A DNA stretch of 64,000 nt from Myxococcales bacterium (GTDB taxonomy: Bacteria > Myxococcota_A > UBA9160 > UBA4427). The DNA is taken from assembly GCA_014240165.1 (NCBI GenBank), contig JAAZXM010000011.1, positions 4,305-68,304 on the forward strand. The letters are read 5' to 3'. The notes under the pieces are model-generated. The model worked only from the letters and a program-made list of their open reading frames with translations, was not told the DNA's origin and ran no database searches. Positions 34,390 through 44,110 of the stretch are shown in pieces. Each line of letters opens with the position of its first letter. The first letter of the stretch is position 1. A program made the position numbers and the translations under genes.

Positions 34390-35261
34390 AGCGCGCTGCC
34401 GTTCGCGCCGGCGGCAGCCCCATGACTCCCCGCCGCAGCCCGGGCGAAGCGCTCGATTTGCATCCGGATGGCACCCGGATCGCGATCCCGACTGGAGAAA
34501 CGGGCCACCACGTAGCCCCGATCATCCACCAGAAAGCTGTGGAGCGTATGTGCGATTTCGCCGCTGGGCTCCGCGGAACTCCCGATCCCCCATTCCCTGG
34601 CCAGCGCGGCCACGTGCTCGGGTTCCCCGGTGAGGAACGACCAGTCGGCGAAGTCCACGCCGTGCTTCTCCGCGTAGGCGCGCAGGATTGGCCCCTTGTC
34701 GTACTCCGGCTCCAACGTCACCGAGGCGAATCGTGCCCTCTCCCGGGCGGCAGGCGAGAGCCCACGCTGCACCGAGACCAGGTCGTGGGTCTGGGCCGGA
34801 CATGGGCCGGGGCAGCGGGTATAGATGAAATCCACCAGGACCACGTCCCCCCGCCAATCAGCCAGCGACGCCCGGCGGCCATCCTGATCGTAGAGTTCCA
34901 GCGCCGGCGCCGGCCGGGCGCGAAGCCGCCCTCCGTCGGGGTCGGCGATCCAGCCCTCATCCTCCCCCGCCCAGCCCAGAACCGAAACCTCCGCCAGCCG
35001 GGGCATCCCGCCACCGGCGCGCAGCCGGTAGGCGATGCGCCGCCCCGGAACGAGGTTCTCGAGCAGCGCCGGATCCCCCACCGCGATCCAAGCACTTTCG
35101 GGCAACTCGCCGGGGCCCACCTCCGCCTGGGCGATCAGAACCCGTTCGGCCTCCGCCTCCTCGACGATGCCCACCCGGGCGGGTTGCTCGCTGCAAGCCG
35201 AGACCAGGACCAACGCGAGCACCCACCCGGCAAGACCGGGAAGCCGACTCAGTAGATCCAT
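34383..35261 (-). CDS. SCO1/SenC-family thioredoxin-like copper chaperone, lipoprotein
   Basis: 292 aa from the ATG at 35261, which overlaps the upstream stop by 13 nt. Lipobox LVSAC. CxxxC motif YTRCPGPCP and the conserved His in IAHTLHSFLVD. The upstream 136 codons of the track ORF are rejected. Confidence 0.75.
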   Translation of the reverse strand: MDLLSRLPGLAGWVLALVLVSACSEQPARVGIVEEAEAERVLIAQAEVGPGELPESAWIAVGDPALLENLVPGRRIAYRLRAGGGMPRLAEVSVLGWAGEDEGWIADPDGGRLRARPAPALELYDQDGRRASLADWRGDVVLVDFIYTRCPGPCPAQTHDLVSVQRGLSPAARERARFASVTLEPEYDKGPILRAYAEKHGVDFADWSFLTGEPEHVAALAREWGIGSSAEPSGEIAHTLHSFLVDDRGYVVARFSSRDRDPGAIRMQIERFARAAAGSHGAAAGANGSALQ

Positions 35262-36319
35262 TGCCAACCCGCGATGAAGCGCACATCGGGCGCCAGTTGC
35301 GGACCCTTCAACGATTGGTGAATCGGAAAGAGCGCCTCGAAGGTCAGGCGCTGGCCACCGAACACCGGCAGCAGCAAGTTGAAGCCCGGTCCGATCTCGA
35401 CCCGGGTGCCCGCTTGCTTCCTCGGATCGTTCAGCGGACTGATCGCCGGATTCAGGGCCGGGTCCGCGCCCTTGACGTTTTCCGTCTTGACCCAGCCGAG
35501 CCGGGCGGAAAGCGAGAGCCAGTCGCCCACCTCCGCGGCCAACCAGCCCGAGGCCTGGTAGACCGCGCCGAGTTCGTAGCCCAGATCGTTGGCCCCGATC
35601 CGGTATTGGCTCTCGACCTGGGCACCCCATGAAAGCCGCTCGTTGTTGCCCGTATAGGTGAGCCCCCAATGCACGTCCCAGGAGCCCGAACCGTGTTGCA
35701 TCCGGTAGGGAAGACGATTGCCCTGGCTATCGTTCACCCGAATGCTGCCGGTGGGCAGGCTCAGGGCGACGTTGAACTGGGTCTTCTGGGTGCCCTTTTG
35801 GATGAAGGGGAGCAGGACGATGAAGCGGGCGTCCCCAATGCCGCTGCTCGACTGGCGATCAAAGACCCCCGACTCGAGTTGGTCGAGCCGGTTCTGAACG
35901 AAGGGCAGCAGCATGGCCAGGGTGAACCGTCGATGCGGGGCGTACATGACGCCGAAGCTGTGCGCTTCGGTCAATAGCGAGAGCGGCGTGACTGCGTAGC
36001 CCGGATACTGGGTTTCGAATTGCGTGGACGAGAGTCGCGTCTCGCCTTGCAATAATTCGTCGGCCAGAGTGCGCTCGTAACGGTAGAGAAAGGTCCAATC
36101 TCCCCGGGCGTGGGTGTGATCCAAGAGAACACCGGCCGGAGCGAAATCGCTGGCCCGATCGAGTTCCCGGTGCAGGGCGGGCCGGTTTTCGGCGGCATCC
36201 GGGACCTCGGCATCCTCCACGGCGCGGGCGGCGAAGGGCATCGCAACCCCACCGGCGAACGCGAGCCATACCCCCAAATAGGTCCATATACGCCTGGGCC
36301 AACTGATCACGGAACGCAC
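35249..36319 (-). CDS. outer-membrane beta-barrel channel (MetA-pathway/transporter-like family)
   Basis: 356 aa with a signal peptide. Alternating beta-strand pattern and a C-terminal aromatic residue (GWQWIY). Confidence 0.5.
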   Translation of the reverse strand: MRSVISWPRRIWTYLGVWLAFAGGVAMPFAARAVEDAEVPDAAENRPALHRELDRASDFAPAGVLLDHTHARGDWTFLYRYERTLADELLQGETRLSSTQFETQYPGYAVTPLSLLTEAHSFGVMYAPHRRFTLAMLLPFVQNRLDQLESGVFDRQSSSGIGDARFIVLLPFIQKGTQKTQFNVALSLPTGSIRVNDSQGNRLPYRMQHGSGSWDVHWGLTYTGNNERLSWGAQVESQYRIGANDLGYELGAVYQASGWLAAEVGDWLSLSARLGWVKTENVKGADPALNPAISPLNDPRKQAGTRVEIGPGFNLLLPVFGGQRLTFEALFPIHQSLKGPQLAPDVRFIAGWQWIY

Positions 36320-36355
36320 CCTAGCCCGACTGGCTGAAACCGGCCAAAGGCGGGC

Positions 36356-37159
36356 TCAATTCCCGCGCGAAACGAATTGCGCGAGAAAGCGCTCCTCGAG
36401 GGTCGCGAGGTCCGCGCGGTAATTGCGGCGTGCAGCGCGGTCGAGATCGCCGCTGCGCAGCGCTGCCCTGACCCACTCGCGAAGCCGGCGCTCGCCATGG
36501 GCATCCGCCAGGTAGTTGATGAAAGCGTGGGATTGCGCATAAGCGAGCCGGGCGCGGTCGGGGCCCATCCCCCCGAAAGTGGGGGCCGAAAGCTCGGCCA
36601 GGGAGAAGAGCATGCCGCCGGCCGCGGCGGCATTCACGGCTCGGGCGGCACCCGAGGTCAGCCCCCCTCGCCCGGTCGCGCCGGCCTCGAACCATTCGGC
36701 CACGCCCTCATTGAACCAGGCGGGCAGAATCCAGCCCGAGGCCTCGGCGTCGAATGCGGCGTGGATATGTTCGTGATTCAGAACGCGCACAAGGGCGTCG
36801 GAAACCACCTCGCCCCCGCGTACGTGGATGCGGCCGCCGTAGAAGCCCGCCACCGGATATTTGAGCAAACCCGAAAACTGGGCCTCGAAAATGTCCGGGT
36901 CGTAGACCACCACGGTAATGGGCCGATCCGGGCGCAAACCCAGAAGCCGGTCCGCACGGCGGTAGGCCGTTTCCAACGCCTCGAGCACATCCTGCTCGAA
37001 ACGGCGCGAGCCCCGCAAGCCCGCGGACTGGTCGATGTCCACGTCCTGGAAGAGCACGAAATGGGACGAGTCGCGCTTGCTGAACTTCCCGTCCGCACCC
37101 TCATCGAGGGCTACGGCTGCGCCGGCCGAGAGCAATAAGACCATCACCCAACCCGGCAT
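36356..37159 (-). CDS. secreted MA-clan zinc metallopeptidase-like protein
   Basis: About 267 aa from the ATG at 37159 (the start is uncertain and may lie further upstream). HExxH motif VLNHEHIHAAF, with a downstream Glu in WFNEGVAEWFE. Confidence 0.5.
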   Translation of the reverse strand: MPGWVMVLLLSAGAAVALDEGADGKFSKRDSSHFVLFQDVDIDQSAGLRGSRRFEQDVLEALETAYRRADRLLGLRPDRPITVVVYDPDIFEAQFSGLLKYPVAGFYGGRIHVRGGEVVSDALVRVLNHEHIHAAFDAEASGWILPAWFNEGVAEWFEAGATGRGGLTSGAARAVNAAAAGGMLFSLAELSAPTFGGMGPDRARLAYAQSHAFINYLADAHGERRLREWVRAALRSGDLDRAARRNYRADLATLEERFLAQFVSRGN

Positions 37160-37197
37160 CCACCGCCGGGCGCTGCGTGCTCCCGCGTCCCGACTTC

Positions 37198-37566
37198 TCA
37201 ATACCAGCCGCCCGAGAAATATTTCGCGGCTCCCTTGGCGGCGGCCTTCATCATCGCGCGCATGGCCGCGGCCTGGGCCCGTGCCTTGGCGAGGATCTTC
37301 TCCTCGTCGGCATATTTGGGGCATTTGGCCGCGCGTTGGCTCCGCAGCAGTTGGACATGCTGCTCGGTGGACTGCTCCCACAATGCATCATCCCGCTCAC
37401 GGGCCATCTTGAGCACCGAACCCTCGAAATGGTCGATTTGCCGGGTGAGCCGGTTGCAGGTCTGGCGCGCGCTCATGGACTTCTCTTCATCCGCCGCGAC
37501 AAAGCCGGGCGCAAGAGCCATTCCAAGGGCCCCCCAAAGCGCGATGAATCGTATGGATGAACCCAT
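37198..37566 (-). CDS. small secreted helical protein, unknown function
   Basis: 122 aa. Signal peptide MGSSIRFIALWGALGMALAPGFVAA. Charged helical remainder with two Cys. Confidence 0.5.
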   Translation of the reverse strand: MGSSIRFIALWGALGMALAPGFVAADEEKSMSARQTCNRLTRQIDHFEGSVLKMARERDDALWEQSTEQHVQLLRSQRAAKCPKYADEEKILAKARAQAAAMRAMMKAAAKGAAKYFSGGWY

Positions 37567-37720
37567 CTTCGGGCCCTCCTCCCGGTGATTTCCGGGTCAA
37601 GGAGCGGTATCGGCTTCTGGGCCCTGCGAGTAAAGCGGCCCGGCGCGCCGAATCGGCTGGGATGGCAGGGTACCGCGCACCGGGCCCCGCTTCACCTGAT
37701 GCGGGGTGACGGAAAAGCCG

Positions 37721-38182
37721 TCAAACGCCCTTGAGGGTCGTGTAGGCGTAAACGAGCATCTCCCCCTCGGGGTCAAAGAATCGGGTCTCGATATAGGTCA
37801 TGGACCCGCGCCGGTTGACCACCCGGCCCTCGATCTCAAAGCGGTCCGAACGCACCGGGGCGTAATAATCGATCCGCATATTGACCGTGGCCAGCCAGGG
37901 TCGGCCCGGAGTCGGCTCCCGCCCGGCCCAATAGGTATGGAGCGCGAGGAAATCCACGTAGGTGGGCGTGAAGCCGCCGAAGAGTTGGCCCTGGGGATTC
38001 CGCAGACGATCCGGCAGATGCGCCCCCACCCGCAACACGCCCTCGGCGCGTTCGAGCACGTCCCATTCATAGGCCTCAAGGAGATCACCGGCGGAATGAC
38101 CCGGACCGACAAGGTTTCCGGGCGCGGGTTTCGTCCAGAGACCGGCGACCGGCGGCGATGCGTTTGGGTCAGCGGGGGCCAT
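37721..38182 (-). CDS. PaaI-family hotdog-fold thioesterase
   Basis: 153 aa. NPQGQLFGGFTPTYVDF and the overall length resemble PaaI/4HBT-type thioesterases. Confidence 0.65.
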   Translation of the reverse strand: MAPADPNASPPVAGLWTKPAPGNLVGPGHSAGDLLEAYEWDVLERAEGVLRVGAHLPDRLRNPQGQLFGGFTPTYVDFLALHTYWAGREPTPGRPWLATVNMRIDYYAPVRSDRFEIEGRVVNRRGSMTYIETRFFDPEGEMLVYAYTTLKGV

Positions 38183-38185
38183 GCC

Positions 38186-39730
38186 TCAGATCCTTTCGCC
38201 CAGGGCCTGGGCCTGGCGATGGGCCAGGGCCATCACGGTGAACATGGGGTTGACCGACGGGCAACGGGGGAAGATGCCCGTATCGGCGATATAGAGATTG
38301 TCGAAACCGTGGCAAGCGCCGGTTTCGTCCACCACGCCCTTTGCGGGATCGCCATGCATGCGTGTCGTGCAGAAGATGTGGGAGCTTGCGGTCACCAGGC
38401 TGCCGGGAGACACCTCGGGCTCGCGCAGCACCTCGGCTTCTTCGATGGAGTGGATTTCCTGGGGCAGGCCGTGCACCCCGGGCAGGATTTTCTCGGCACC
38501 CGCGGCGAAGAAGATCTGGGCCAGGACGTGGATCGAGCGCAGCATGACCTTCAGATCCTCGGGATCCAGTTGCCAGCGGATCACCGGGTTCATGGAACGA
38601 AAGCGCGGCTTCACTGTCCCCAACGAACGGTGGGTGCTCGCAATGGCATCCCAAATTGCGGTTCGCGGCAATTCACCGAAGCGGCGCACCAGGTCGGCGC
38701 CCAGCCCGGGCACCCGAACCGCCAATGCAGCCGGCGCGGACCACATGGTCTCCAACTTGAAACCCTCGCGGAGAAAGGCCAGGGATTGGTAACCCTGGGT
38801 GGCGCCAAAGACCGGGTTCAATTCCTCGGGGAAGACCCCCGCCACCGCAGCGCCCGGATGAAATTGCAAATTGCGGCCCACCTGACCCGATGCGTTGGCG
38901 AGGTCGCCGCTCTTCTGCAGCAGGATGGGCGTCGCCATGCAGCCCGCCGCCAGCACCACCCAGCGCGCATGGATCTTGAAGCTATGGGAGGTTCGGCCGC
39001 TGAAGGGTTCCACCACCTTGCCCGCCACGCCCCGCACCTTGGGCTCTTCGCCCAAGACCTGCTGCACCTGGAGCGAGGTGAGCACCCGGGCGCCGAGTTT
39101 GATCGCCTCGGGGATGTAGCTGATATCCATGCTCTGCTTGGCCCGGCTCCGGCAACCCGTCAGGCACTCGCCCGAGCCCCGACAACCGCGCACATTGCGC
39201 GCCACGGATTCACTTTCGATCCCCAAGGCGTCGCATCCGTCGCGGAAGAGCAGGTTCCGGGGGCCCTGCACGTCATCCGGGGTGGGCGCGATGCCCAGAA
39301 AGTCACTGACCGCATCGAAGTGCGGATCGAGATCCGCCCGGGTGGTTCGCTCGAGATCGAAACGCGTCGACCACTCATCGAAAATGAAATTCGGCGGCCG
39401 CACGCACATGGCGGAATTGACCAGGGAACCTCCACCGAGACAGATGGCCTGGAGAATGGGCATGAAGGTCCCGGTGGTGGAACGCAGGCCGCCCTCGCGC
39501 AGGGTTCTCGCCATGGAAATATTCCCATCGGCGCGAAACTCCGACGGTGTAAAGGGCGGGCCCTCCTCCACCAGGATCACGCGATGACCCGCGCGGGCAA
39601 GTTCATAGGTCATCACCGAGCCCGCGGGCCCGGAGCCCACCACCACGACGTCGGCTTCTTCCTCGAAATCTCGCGCATATTGCGCGAAGACCCGGACCTC
39701 GCCGTCGTTTTCCGTTTCGGCTTCGCTCAC
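38186..39730 (-). CDS. GMC-family FAD oxidoreductase
   Basis: 514 aa with a GTG start overlapping the upstream stop (GTGA). FAD motif DVVVVGSGPAGSVMTYELA. C-terminal block GVVDETGACHGFDNLYIADTGIFP. Confidence 0.85.
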   Translation of the reverse strand: MSEAETENDGEVRVFAQYARDFEEEADVVVVGSGPAGSVMTYELARAGHRVILVEEGPPFTPSEFRADGNISMARTLREGGLRSTTGTFMPILQAICLGGGSLVNSAMCVRPPNFIFDEWSTRFDLERTTRADLDPHFDAVSDFLGIAPTPDDVQGPRNLLFRDGCDALGIESESVARNVRGCRGSGECLTGCRSRAKQSMDISYIPEAIKLGARVLTSLQVQQVLGEEPKVRGVAGKVVEPFSGRTSHSFKIHARWVVLAAGCMATPILLQKSGDLANASGQVGRNLQFHPGAAVAGVFPEELNPVFGATQGYQSLAFLREGFKLETMWSAPAALAVRVPGLGADLVRRFGELPRTAIWDAIASTHRSLGTVKPRFRSMNPVIRWQLDPEDLKVMLRSIHVLAQIFFAAGAEKILPGVHGLPQEIHSIEEAEVLREPEVSPGSLVTASSHIFCTTRMHGDPAKGVVDETGACHGFDNLYIADTGIFPRCPSVNPMFTVMALAHRQAQALGERI

Positions 39731-40347
39731 GCGCTTTCCTGATCGACCCGGGGAATCAGGGGAGCCCCGCCTCCGGTTTCAACCCTTCCGGTGTGGAGGA
39801 TCGCATCCGGCCCCTGCCCGATGGGGGGATAGAGAAAATCGGCGCCCACCTTGGGTGAGTCGATCTTCCAAGGCGCGAGCCCGAGGGCCGCCAGGGATTC
39901 GGGATGGCCGACATAGCCCAGGATCAGCACCGCCTTGAGGGCGGTCAGGCACATGCGCCGCAGGCTCGACCGACTGCCTTCCCAAGCCCTCAGCACCGCC
40001 AGGCGTTGCTCAGGGGACAAAGAGGAAAAGCGCTTGAAGCCCCCGAGGCCCGGGCCGGGCCAGATCAGGGTGGCGTGCTCGAAGAGGGCAAAGAGCGCGC
40101 GCACCAATCCGCGTTGTCGCGCGGGAAGGTCGGCCAGGTAGCCGTCCGCGTAGCCCGGCAAATCGGCCTGGGCACCGGAGAGCGGCAATTCTTCGCTGGG
40201 CGGGAAGAGCACCTCGGCGGCGGCTCGAACGAAAGCCGTCTCCCGCCGGGCCAGGACCGCGCGCGGCTTATCGTCGGCGGGATATCCCGCCCAGGCGCGC
40301 CAGAACCCCAGGAGCCCAAGCCCGATCAGGAGCAGCCATACGCTCAT
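39727..40347 (-). CDS. gluconate 2-dehydrogenase subunit-3-like small partner of the GMC oxidoreductase
   Basis: 206 aa with an N-terminal hydrophobic anchor. Position and size are typical of subunit-3-family proteins found next to GMC enzymes. The assignment is tentative. Confidence 0.5.
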   Translation of the reverse strand: MSVWLLLIGLGLLGFWRAWAGYPADDKPRAVLARRETAFVRAAAEVLFPPSEELPLSGAQADLPGYADGYLADLPARQRGLVRALFALFEHATLIWPGPGLGGFKRFSSLSPEQRLAVLRAWEGSRSSLRRMCLTALKAVLILGYVGHPESLAALGLAPWKIDSPKVGADFLYPPIGQGPDAILHTGRVETGGGAPLIPRVDQESA

Positions 40348-40368
40348 ACCGAAAACTTCCCCCGTCGC

Positions 40369-41226
40369 TCAGCCCTCGTACTCGGGCTGCTCCCACCAGG
40401 GATAGAAATCCGGCAAGTCTTTCGAGACCTTCATGGAAAATTTCGGTGCTCGTTTCTCCAGAAAACTCTCGACCCCTTCGCGAGAGTCGGGACCACTGCC
40501 CATGAAATCGATCACCTGGGAGTCGATGCGATGGGCCTCCATGGGATGGGACGCCCCCAACATCTTCCACATCATCTGGCGCGAGAGCGCAACGGAAACC
40601 GCACTGGTGTTCGCGGCGATCTCGGCCGCGAGTTCCTGGGCCCGGGGCAGGAGCGCTTCGGGCTCGAGCACCTCGGAGACCAACCCCGCCGCCAGAGCCT
40701 CATCCGCGCCGAAAACCCGGCCGCTGGAAACCCATTCCATGGCCTTGCTGATCCCCACGACCCGGGGCAGAAACCAACTGCTCGCCGCCTCGGGCGCGAT
40801 GCCCCGACGCGCGAAGACAAAACCGAACTTCGCTTTCGAACTCGCCAGGCGAATATCCATGGGCAGGGTATGGGTCACCCCGACCCCCACTGCCGGCCCG
40901 TTGATGGCGGCGATGAAAGGTTTTTTGCAATCGAAGAGGCGGAGCGTCACGAGGCCGCCCCCATCCCGGGGCGCACGTTGCGACTCGCCCCCGGAACCAG
41001 AGCCAAAGGCATCCCCGCCCGATGAAAGATCGGCTCCCGCGCAGAAGCCGCGGCCCGCACCCGTCACCACCACCGCGCGAATGGCGTCGTCGCTATCCAC
41101 CTGCTCGAAGAAATCGAGCAGGTCCTTCATCATGCCGACGGTGAACGCATTCAGCTTGTCGGGCCGGTTCAGGGTCAAGGTCATGACCCCCTCATTCAGA
41201 TCCGTCAGCAGGGTTTCGTAGGCCAT
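40369..41226 (-). CDS. enoyl-CoA hydratase/isomerase (crotonase) family
   Basis: 285 aa. LTLNRPDKLNAF...VVVTGAGRGFCAGADL is the crotonase signature. Confidence 0.85.
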   Translation of the reverse strand: MAYETLLTDLNEGVMTLTLNRPDKLNAFTVGMMKDLLDFFEQVDSDDAIRAVVVTGAGRGFCAGADLSSGGDAFGSGSGGESQRAPRDGGGLVTLRLFDCKKPFIAAINGPAVGVGVTHTLPMDIRLASSKAKFGFVFARRGIAPEAASSWFLPRVVGISKAMEWVSSGRVFGADEALAAGLVSEVLEPEALLPRAQELAAEIAANTSAVSVALSRQMMWKMLGASHPMEAHRIDSQVIDFMGSGPDSREGVESFLEKRAPKFSMKVSKDLPDFYPWWEQPEYEG

Positions 41227-41351
41227 GATGTCTCCCGGGTTGAGCGCGCAATTCGTATCCAGCCAGCTTAGCCCCGATGCCGCAGGCGCAAAACGGGCGT
41301 GATAGGCTTGGCGGGCCCTGTACCCGCAGGCATTCGGAGGCTGGATCGTTC

Positions 41352-41840
41352 ATGCGCATCGGCGTCATCGGCGACACGCACAACAACCTGCGAAACGTGG
41401 AGAAGATCATCGAGATCTTCGAGCACGAGCGAGTGGACCGGGTCGTGCACACCGGCGATATCACCCAGCCCAAGGTTCTGGACGCACTCTCGGCCCTCAG
41501 CATGCCCGTCCACGGCGTCTACGGAAACAACGATCAGGGCGAGCGCCCCGGGCTGGATACCTCTGCGGCCAGCCACGGCATGCAGTGGGTGGACGGCCCC
41601 CTCGAAGTGGAGTGGGCGGGGCGACGGATCCTGATCGCCCACGACCCCCTGGACCTCGAGAAGGACCTCGCCCCCCATCACGCCCTCGGGCTGCATGGGC
41701 ATACCCACCTCTACCGCCACGAGGAGATCGGCCCCACCCTGGTTTTCAACCCGGGCGAATGTGCGGGGATGATGACGGGGCAAAACCGCGTCGGCCTGGT
41801 GGATCTGGCTGAATTGCACTGCTGGATCGAATATTTCTAG
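41352..41840 (+). CDS. YfcE/MJ0936-type metallophosphoesterase
   Basis: 162 aa from the ATG at 41352. MRIGVIGDTHNN, HTGDI, GNND and GHTH motifs. Confidence 0.8.
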   Translation: MRIGVIGDTHNNLRNVEKIIEIFEHERVDRVVHTGDITQPKVLDALSALSMPVHGVYGNNDQGERPGLDTSAASHGMQWVDGPLEVEWAGRRILIAHDPLDLEKDLAPHHALGLHGHTHLYRHEEIGPTLVFNPGECAGMMTGQNRVGLVDLAELHCWIEYF

Positions 41841-41872
41841 GCCCGGCAGGGGAAAACGAGGAAGGCATCAGC

Positions 41873-43444
41873 ATGAGTTGGAAGGACGAAGTCGACGGCA
41901 TCGGAAAGCGGCGTGAGGAAGCGCTGAAATTGGGCGGCGACGAGGCGGTGGCTCGCCAACACGAGCGCGGCCGGCTCACCATTCGCGAGCGAATCGACGC
42001 CCTGGGCGATGCCGGCACTTTTCGCGAAGAGGGCCCCATCGCCGGCTACTCGGAAATCAACGACGCAGGCGAACTCGAAGCGTTCACACCGGGCAATTAC
42101 GTGCTCGGCGTTGCCCAGGTGGACGGCCGCCCCTGCGTGGTGGGGGGCGAGGACTTCACCCAACGCGGGGGCTCGCCGACCCCAGCGGGCCTGCGCAAGA
42201 GCGTCTACGCCGAGGAACTCGCGCTTCGTTACCGGCTCCCCCTGGTGCGCTTTCTCGAGGGCGGCGGCGGCAGCGTGACCGGCACCGGGGGCAAGAAGGC
42301 CGGCGCCTCCCGTCCCATGGGCGACCCCGTCTATGTCACTTCGCGCTTCAAATCCATGGCCGATGTATTGCAGACGGCTCCCGTGGTGAGCGCCGCAATG
42401 GGCGCCGTCGCGGGGCTGCCCGCCGCGCGACTCGCGGCCTCCCACTTTTCGGTAATGACCCGCAACACTTCCCAGGTACTCGTGGCGGGCCCGGCGGTGG
42501 TGGAGCGCGCGCTCGGCGAAAAACTCACCAAGGAAGAACTCGGCGGGCCTCAGGTCCACCTGCGCAGCGGCGTGGTGGACAACGTGGCCGAAGACGAAGC
42601 CGGCGTGATGGATCAGATTCGGCGTTTCCTCAGCTACCTGCCCCGCAATGCCGCAGAGATGCCCGCCCGATCCGACCCCCAGGCCGCGGATTTCGACGAC
42701 CCCGAACGCTGCGACGAAGCCCTGCTCGAAATCGTTCCCCGGGAACGCCGCCGGGTGTACAAGATGCGCAAGGTTGTCGAGAGCGTGGTGGATCGGGACT
42801 CGTTCTTCGAAATGACCGCGCTCTACGGCCGTTCACAGATCACCGGGCTCGCCCGGATCAACGGATGGCCGGTGGGCATCTGGGCAAACGACCCGCGTTT
42901 CTACGCCGGGTCAATGACGGCCCACGGCGGACAAAAGGTGAAACGCTTCATCGAACTCTGCGATCTCTTCCATCTTCCCATCGTGGCCCTGGTGGACGAA
43001 CCCGGCTTCATGATCGGATCCGAATCCGAGAAGGCCGCCACCATCCGCTACGGCGTCGAGGCCATCTGCGCCACCGTCCGTTCCCAGGTGCCCTGGGTCT
43101 CGGTCATCGTCCGCAAGACCTATGGCGTCGCCGCCGCCGCGCATTTCGGACCCCAGGGCGAGGTCTTTGCCTGGCCCTCCGCCGAAGGCGGCGCGCTGCC
43201 CATCGAGGGCGGCGTCGCGGTGGCCTTCCGGCGGGAGATCGAAGCCGCCCCGGACCCCGAGGCCCGTCGTCTGGAACTCGAGGCTCAACTCCTGGGGCGC
43301 CAGAACCCCTATGGCCGGGCAGAGGCCTTTGGGGTGAATGATGTCATCGATCCCCGACGCACCCGGCCGGTACTCTGCCGCTGGATCGAATTGGCACGCC
43401 CGGTGCTCGAGGAAAAGGTCTTGGGCGCCCGGCTCACGCGCTGA
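41873..43444 (+). CDS. acyl-CoA carboxylase carboxyltransferase subunit (propionyl-CoA carboxylase beta-like)
   Basis: 523 aa. RGRLTIRERIDALGDAGTFREEG and the pattern across both halves are typical of the carboxyl transferase domain. Confidence 0.85.
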   Translation: MSWKDEVDGIGKRREEALKLGGDEAVARQHERGRLTIRERIDALGDAGTFREEGPIAGYSEINDAGELEAFTPGNYVLGVAQVDGRPCVVGGEDFTQRGGSPTPAGLRKSVYAEELALRYRLPLVRFLEGGGGSVTGTGGKKAGASRPMGDPVYVTSRFKSMADVLQTAPVVSAAMGAVAGLPAARLAASHFSVMTRNTSQVLVAGPAVVERALGEKLTKEELGGPQVHLRSGVVDNVAEDEAGVMDQIRRFLSYLPRNAAEMPARSDPQAADFDDPERCDEALLEIVPRERRRVYKMRKVVESVVDRDSFFEMTALYGRSQITGLARINGWPVGIWANDPRFYAGSMTAHGGQKVKRFIELCDLFHLPIVALVDEPGFMIGSESEKAATIRYGVEAICATVRSQVPWVSVIVRKTYGVAAAAHFGPQGEVFAWPSAEGGALPIEGGVAVAFRREIEAAPDPEARRLELEAQLLGRQNPYGRAEAFGVNDVIDPRRTRPVLCRWIELARPVLEEKVLGARLTR

Positions 43445-43483
43445 GGCGCCCACACCGGCTTCGCCCCGATTCGGCAGCGGCCT

Positions 43484-44110
43484 TCAGAAGAGGCCGAGAA
43501 AACGCTTTCGATCGAGGCGCTCGCGGCAGCCGTCGTATTGCGCCTGGTAGCGCGCGGCCCGGCTTGAAACCTTGCGCGCCACCTTGCCGAGCCAGGGCTT
43601 CTCCCGATGACTGCCCCGGGAATAGCCGCCCACGCCTTCGTGGTAGGCCAGGTAGAGTACGCCCGCATCGTTCTTCGGCACGTCCGCCCGGCGATGCGCG
43701 GACTCGGCGTACCAGCCGATGAAATCCGTCACGTCGCCAAAATCGTCGCGTTCGGCTCCGCTGCGGCCCACGCTGCGGCGATATTCCTCCCAGGTGCCAT
43801 CCAGGATCTGACCGTACCCGTAGGCACTGGAAGGTCGCGGGCCCGGGAAGATCCAGAGGATGCGCGTGCGCGGTGGACGCGCCCCGGCGATGAACCGCGA
43901 TTCCTGGTGGATGATCGCCAACTGCACGGCCTCGGGGACCCCCCAACGCTGGGTCGAGTGCTGGGCGGCGCGATACCAGCCGCGTTTCTGATGAAAGATC
44001 GAGCACAGATCGTCGGGATCCGAAGGCGGCCCGCTGACGCACGACAGGGCCAGGCTTCCCGTGAGAATCAGCAATAGCCACCGGCGCCCACCCCCGGCCG
44101 GGTATTTCAT
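43484..44110 (-). CDS. lytic transglycosylase (SLT-domain) lipoprotein
   Basis: 208 aa from the ATG at 44110, in an ATGA overlap with the psd stop. Lipobox LALSC. Catalytic block AIIHQESRF and YGYGQILDGTW. Confidence 0.65.
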   Translation of the reverse strand: MKYPAGGGRRWLLLILTGSLALSCVSGPPSDPDDLCSIFHQKRGWYRAAQHSTQRWGVPEAVQLAIIHQESRFIAGARPPRTRILWIFPGPRPSSAYGYGQILDGTWEEYRRSVGRSGAERDDFGDVTDFIGWYAESAHRRADVPKNDAGVLYLAYHEGVGGYSRGSHREKPWLGKVARKVSSRAARYQAQYDGCRERLDRKRFLGLF

